Assembly: GCF_035084215.1 (NCBI RefSeq) | Contig: NC_090356.1 | Coordinates: 16,616,001 to 16,680,000, forward strand | Source: Heptranchias perlo | Taxonomy: Eukaryota | DNA length: 64,000 bases | Direction: 5' to 3' | Part shown: positions 60,517-64,000 of the stretch, in pieces | How the letters are laid out: each line of letters starts with the position of its first letter | Position numbering within the stretch: position 1 is the stretch's first letter | Made by a program: the position numbers and the translations under genes | The notes under the pieces: model-generated | The model's database searches: none | What the model was told of the DNA's origin: nothing | Seen by the model: only the letters and a program-made list of their open reading frames with translations

Positions 60517-61799
60517 TCTCCCAGACCTCTTGCTTGCAGCAGGAGGGGCTTTGGGAGACTGCCCCTTTAACTGGAGCTCCTACATCGCGTCGACGGTACT
60601 GCGCATGCGCAGCCGGCCGGCACGCAGCTGGGGAGCGCAGAACCCGGAAGCAGGGCTTAATGGGTCCAATTATCCCGCGATCGCGTGGGGGACGCACACA
60701 ATTAGCCGTCCGCGTTTTCCACGCTCCCGGAGGACCACCCGCTGGGAACCCGCAGGCCTGCTAAATTCGAGCCCCAGAAGTCAGTCTTCCTGGTTATTTT
60801 CACTGAGATCAACATTGTTAGTGGGATTTTTCTTGTTTAACCCTATTTGCTAATCAGCATTAGTCTTCGACTAGTCAAAAAAAATCAACTCTCGCCAACT
60901 CTTGTAGTCAACTAGTTATAATGTGTACAGTGAATGGGTTTGACCTGCATTTGGAGGATTTCTTCATTTGTTATTGGTAATCCAGTTATAAATTTGTCTA
61001 AGCAGTAAAACTAATACTGGACTATAAAAACTGTGGATGTTTGTAATGTCAGAAAAATCTTTACATTTGATCTTTGACCTGAAATGATTTATAATTTATA
61101 TAAAATTTAATATCTTTGTAATTTTGGAGTAATTATGTTCACTGTATAAAAGCATTAAATTGTGGTGTACATGTTTTGTGCCTGTTGTAACTCTAAAACT
61201 GTTTAGGCCCTGCAATCTTTGGGGGAAAAATAGCTAAGTAAGATGAATTTCTCAGCAGTATGCTGATGCCAAACATCGTATTGTCATCATGTATATGCTC
61301 ATAGTAAATTAGTAAAATATATAATTAATATATCGCTTTGGGTGACCGGATTACTGCAAATCACTCAGCACTGTGAGATTGGTGTCTCGCTGCTTGGGGG
61401 AATTATAGACTAAAGTATGTGTTCATTCAGCAGAACCTGAATCATGCTCCTGGTTCTTGCTCTGGGGCCCACAAAAATAATTTGACTCTTACCTTTGGCA
61501 GACCTCTTCGGTTCCATCACCCATGGAATTGATTGAAACCAAAAATTGCAATTTGGATCCTATTTAGGTCAGAGGACCCCGATTTCCATATTAAAAGGAC
61601 CTATCGCCTGAAGCAGGCGAGTGCTTTAGAAACCCGAGGGTAGGCCACTTATCAAAATGGAGCCAGCCACATCGCCGGCGTTAAACAGGACGGTAAGACT
61701 ACTGACCCCATTTTGAGGCTGTTAACGCCAGGCGAAAGCAGTCAAAATCGACTCCTACGAGTGATTTGATGGGAACAAAGGCATTGAGGGCAAAATGAG

Positions 61800-62290
61800 G
61801 AAGCAGTTTAACAGGTCAACAGAGAACGTTTTTAAATGTTTCTAATGGTCCAAACCTTTACTACCTCATCAAAAAGGTCCAGTTGCGCTGGTCTTGATAT
61901 AACTTTCACCTGCCTGTTTCATAGAATTCCCAAAGCCGTCTAGTACGGCAGCGAGTTGCAGTTTAGATATCGCAACAGAGGTGGGGAAAATGAAATGCTA
62001 TACAGATACCCGAGAGGCCACTTTGAAATCTTGCAATATTAACCCCCAACATCTGGGAAAACATAGACCCCCCCGATGGAAGTTGCGAGGTGTGACTGCT
62101 AAGCACCTGGTACGCAAGGCAGCTCATCTGTCCGCCTCATCTGGCTTTTAGTGTGATATGTGCAGCCAGGAATAGGCTCTTCTCCCATCAGCGCATCCAC
62201 AACAACTGAGATGTGACGGAGGACTCCCTCCATCACTGCCTCCTTAATGTGTAAAGATATTAGGTTCTGGCAAATGCAAACCACCGTCAC
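61800..62290 (+). mobile_element. Degenerate RTE-clade LINE 3' fragment
   Basis: Remnants QLRWS, RIPKAV.YG, RNRGG, YTDTREATLKSCNI, IWE and RIGLFSHQRIH-like across frameshifts. Confidence 0.65.
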
Positions 62291-62366
62291 ACTGTAAAGT
62301 TATTGGGAAAGAGAAAACTGAAGCCCAGATGAAAGTAATTATATTTAAAGATGCAGCATCTGAAAT

Positions 62367-63925
62367 TACTCCACGTAATATCAAGAAACGGCTGAATGCA
62401 CTGGATGCAGCAAAGACTATGGGCCCAGACAACATCCCGGCTGTAGTGCTGAAGACTTGTGCTCCAGAACTAGCCAAGCTGTTCCAGTACAACTACAACA
62501 GTGGGATCTACCCGACAATGTGGAAAATTGCTCAGGTATGTCCTGTCCACAAAAAGCAGGACAAATCCAATCTGGCCAATTACTGCCCCATCAACCTACT
62601 CTAATCCATCAGCAAAGTGATGGAAGGTGTCGTCGACAGTGCTATCAAGTGGCACTTACCAATAACCTGCTCACCGATGCTCAGTTTGGGTTCTGCCAGG
62701 ACCACTCAGCTCCAGACCTCATTACAGCCTTGGTCCAAAAATGGACACAGCTGAATTCCAGAGGTGGGGTGAGAGTGGCTGCCCTTGACATCAAAGCAGC
62801 ATTTGACCGAGTGTGGCACCAAGGAACCCTAGTAAAATTGAAGTCAATGGGAATCAGGGGAAAACTCTCCAGTGGCTAGAGTCATACCTAGCACAAAGGA
62901 AGATGGTAGTGGTTGTTGGAGGCCAATCACCTCAGCCCCAGGACATTGCTGCAGGAGTTCCTCAGGGCAGTGTCCGAGGTCCAACCATCTTCAGCTGCTT
63001 TATCGATGACCTTCCCTCGATCATAAGGTCAGAAATGGGGATGTTCGCTGATGATTGCACAGTGTTCAATTCCATTCGCAACCCCTCAGATAATAAAGCA
63101 GTCCGTGCCCACCTGCAGCAAGACCTGGTCAACATCCAGGCTTGGGCTGATAAGTGGCAAATAACACTCGTGCCAGACGAGTACCAAGCAATGACCATCT
63201 CCAACAAGAGAGGGTCTAACCACCTCCCCTTGACATTCAACGGCATTACCATTGCCAAATTCCCCACCATCAACATTCTGGGGGTCACCATTGACCAGAA
63301 ACTTAACTGGGCCAGCCACATAAATACTGTGGCTACAAGAGCAGGTCAGGGGCTGGGTATTCTGCAGCGAGTGACTCACCTCCTGACTCCTCAAAGCCTT
63401 TCCACCATCCATAAGGCACAGGTCAGGAGTGTGATGGAATACTCTCCACTTGCCTGGATGAGTGCAGCTCCAACAACACTCAAGAAGCTCGACACCATCC
63501 AAGACAAAGCAGCCCGCTTGATTGGCACCCCATCCACCACCCTAAACATTCACTCCCTTCACCACCGGTGCACCGTGGCTGCAGTGAGTACCATCCACAG
63601 GATGCACTGCAGCCAAGGCTTTTTCGACCCGCGACCTCTATCACGTAGAAGGACAAGGGCAGCAGGCACATGGAAACAATACCACCTGCACGTTCCCCTC
63701 CAACTCACACACCATCCCGACTTGGAAATGTATCGGCCGTTCCTTCATCGTCGCTCGGTCAAAATTCTGGAACTCCCTACCTAACAGCACTGTGTGAGAA
63801 CCTTCACCACACGGACTGCAGCGGTTCAAGAAGGCAGCTCACCACCACCTTAAGGGCAATTAGGGATGGGCAATAAATGCGGGCCTCGCCAGCGACGCCC
63901 ACATCCCATGAACAAATAAAAAAAT
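62367..63925 (+). mobile_element. 5'-truncated copy of the APE-RT LINE family (RT + 3' tail)
   Basis: Near-identical to about 11748-13322: GVPQGSVRGP, MFADDCTV, same tail and A-tract; frameshifts. Confidence 0.93.
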
Positions 63926-64000
63926 AATTTGCTGAGGGCCGAAAGATCCTATATTCATTATACTTTAATCTAAAATGGGTAACGTTTAAAACGATATCGT

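Larger units (their letters stand above)
56784..60774. mobile_element. PIF/Harbinger DNA transposon, 3991 bp, two convergent genes
   Basis: TIRs gggctcgattttag / ctaaattcgagccc (13 of 14 match); 3-bp TSD CAG (CWG type) at 56781-56783 and 60775-60777; sharp rise in GC and CpG content. Confidence 0.95.

Noticed and set aside
57481-60853. Many overlapping ORFs within the Harbinger element
   Set aside because: Expected from high GC content; only the transposase and the spliced Myb gene show family motifs.
60780-64000. TAS1R3 exons expected downstream of CPTP from human synteny
   Set aside because: No class C GPCR peptide seen; the region is repeat-derived.

Overview
Vertebrate nuclear DNA. The repeat content is typical of a cartilaginous fish (shark-like; inferred). 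The window holds three host genes: (1) an intronless P2Y/LPAR6-like class A GPCR (+, 14176-15147), with a frameshifted partial copy at 7877-8194; (2) a complete INTS11/CPSF3L gene (-, 17 coding exons from 48410 to 19394, all introns GT-AG, 601 aa); and (3) a two-coding-exon CPTP/GLTPD1 gene (+, 50498-53994, 213 aa), head-to-head with INTS11 on a CpG-rich bidirectional promoter, as at human 1p36.33. The rest is mostly repeats: a 38-bp tandem array; CR1/L2/RTE LINE fragments; tRNA-derived SINEs; Penelope-like elements; a hAT element with an 8-bp TSD; and a young 4-kb PIF/Harbinger transposon with an intact transposase but a damaged Myb/SANT partner. The most notable observations are: a 205-bp palindromic Penelope-type element with a 14-bp TSD and an intact minimal hammerhead ribozyme; a second hammerhead in a GIY-YIG Penelope copy (both intact cores are antisense to their host pre-mRNA); an ORF1-less APE-RT LINE whose 5' end is a tRNA-derived Pol III head; and a template-switch patchwork that copied part of the GPCR between nested inverted repeats. 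All coordinates were read by eye; no database search was run.
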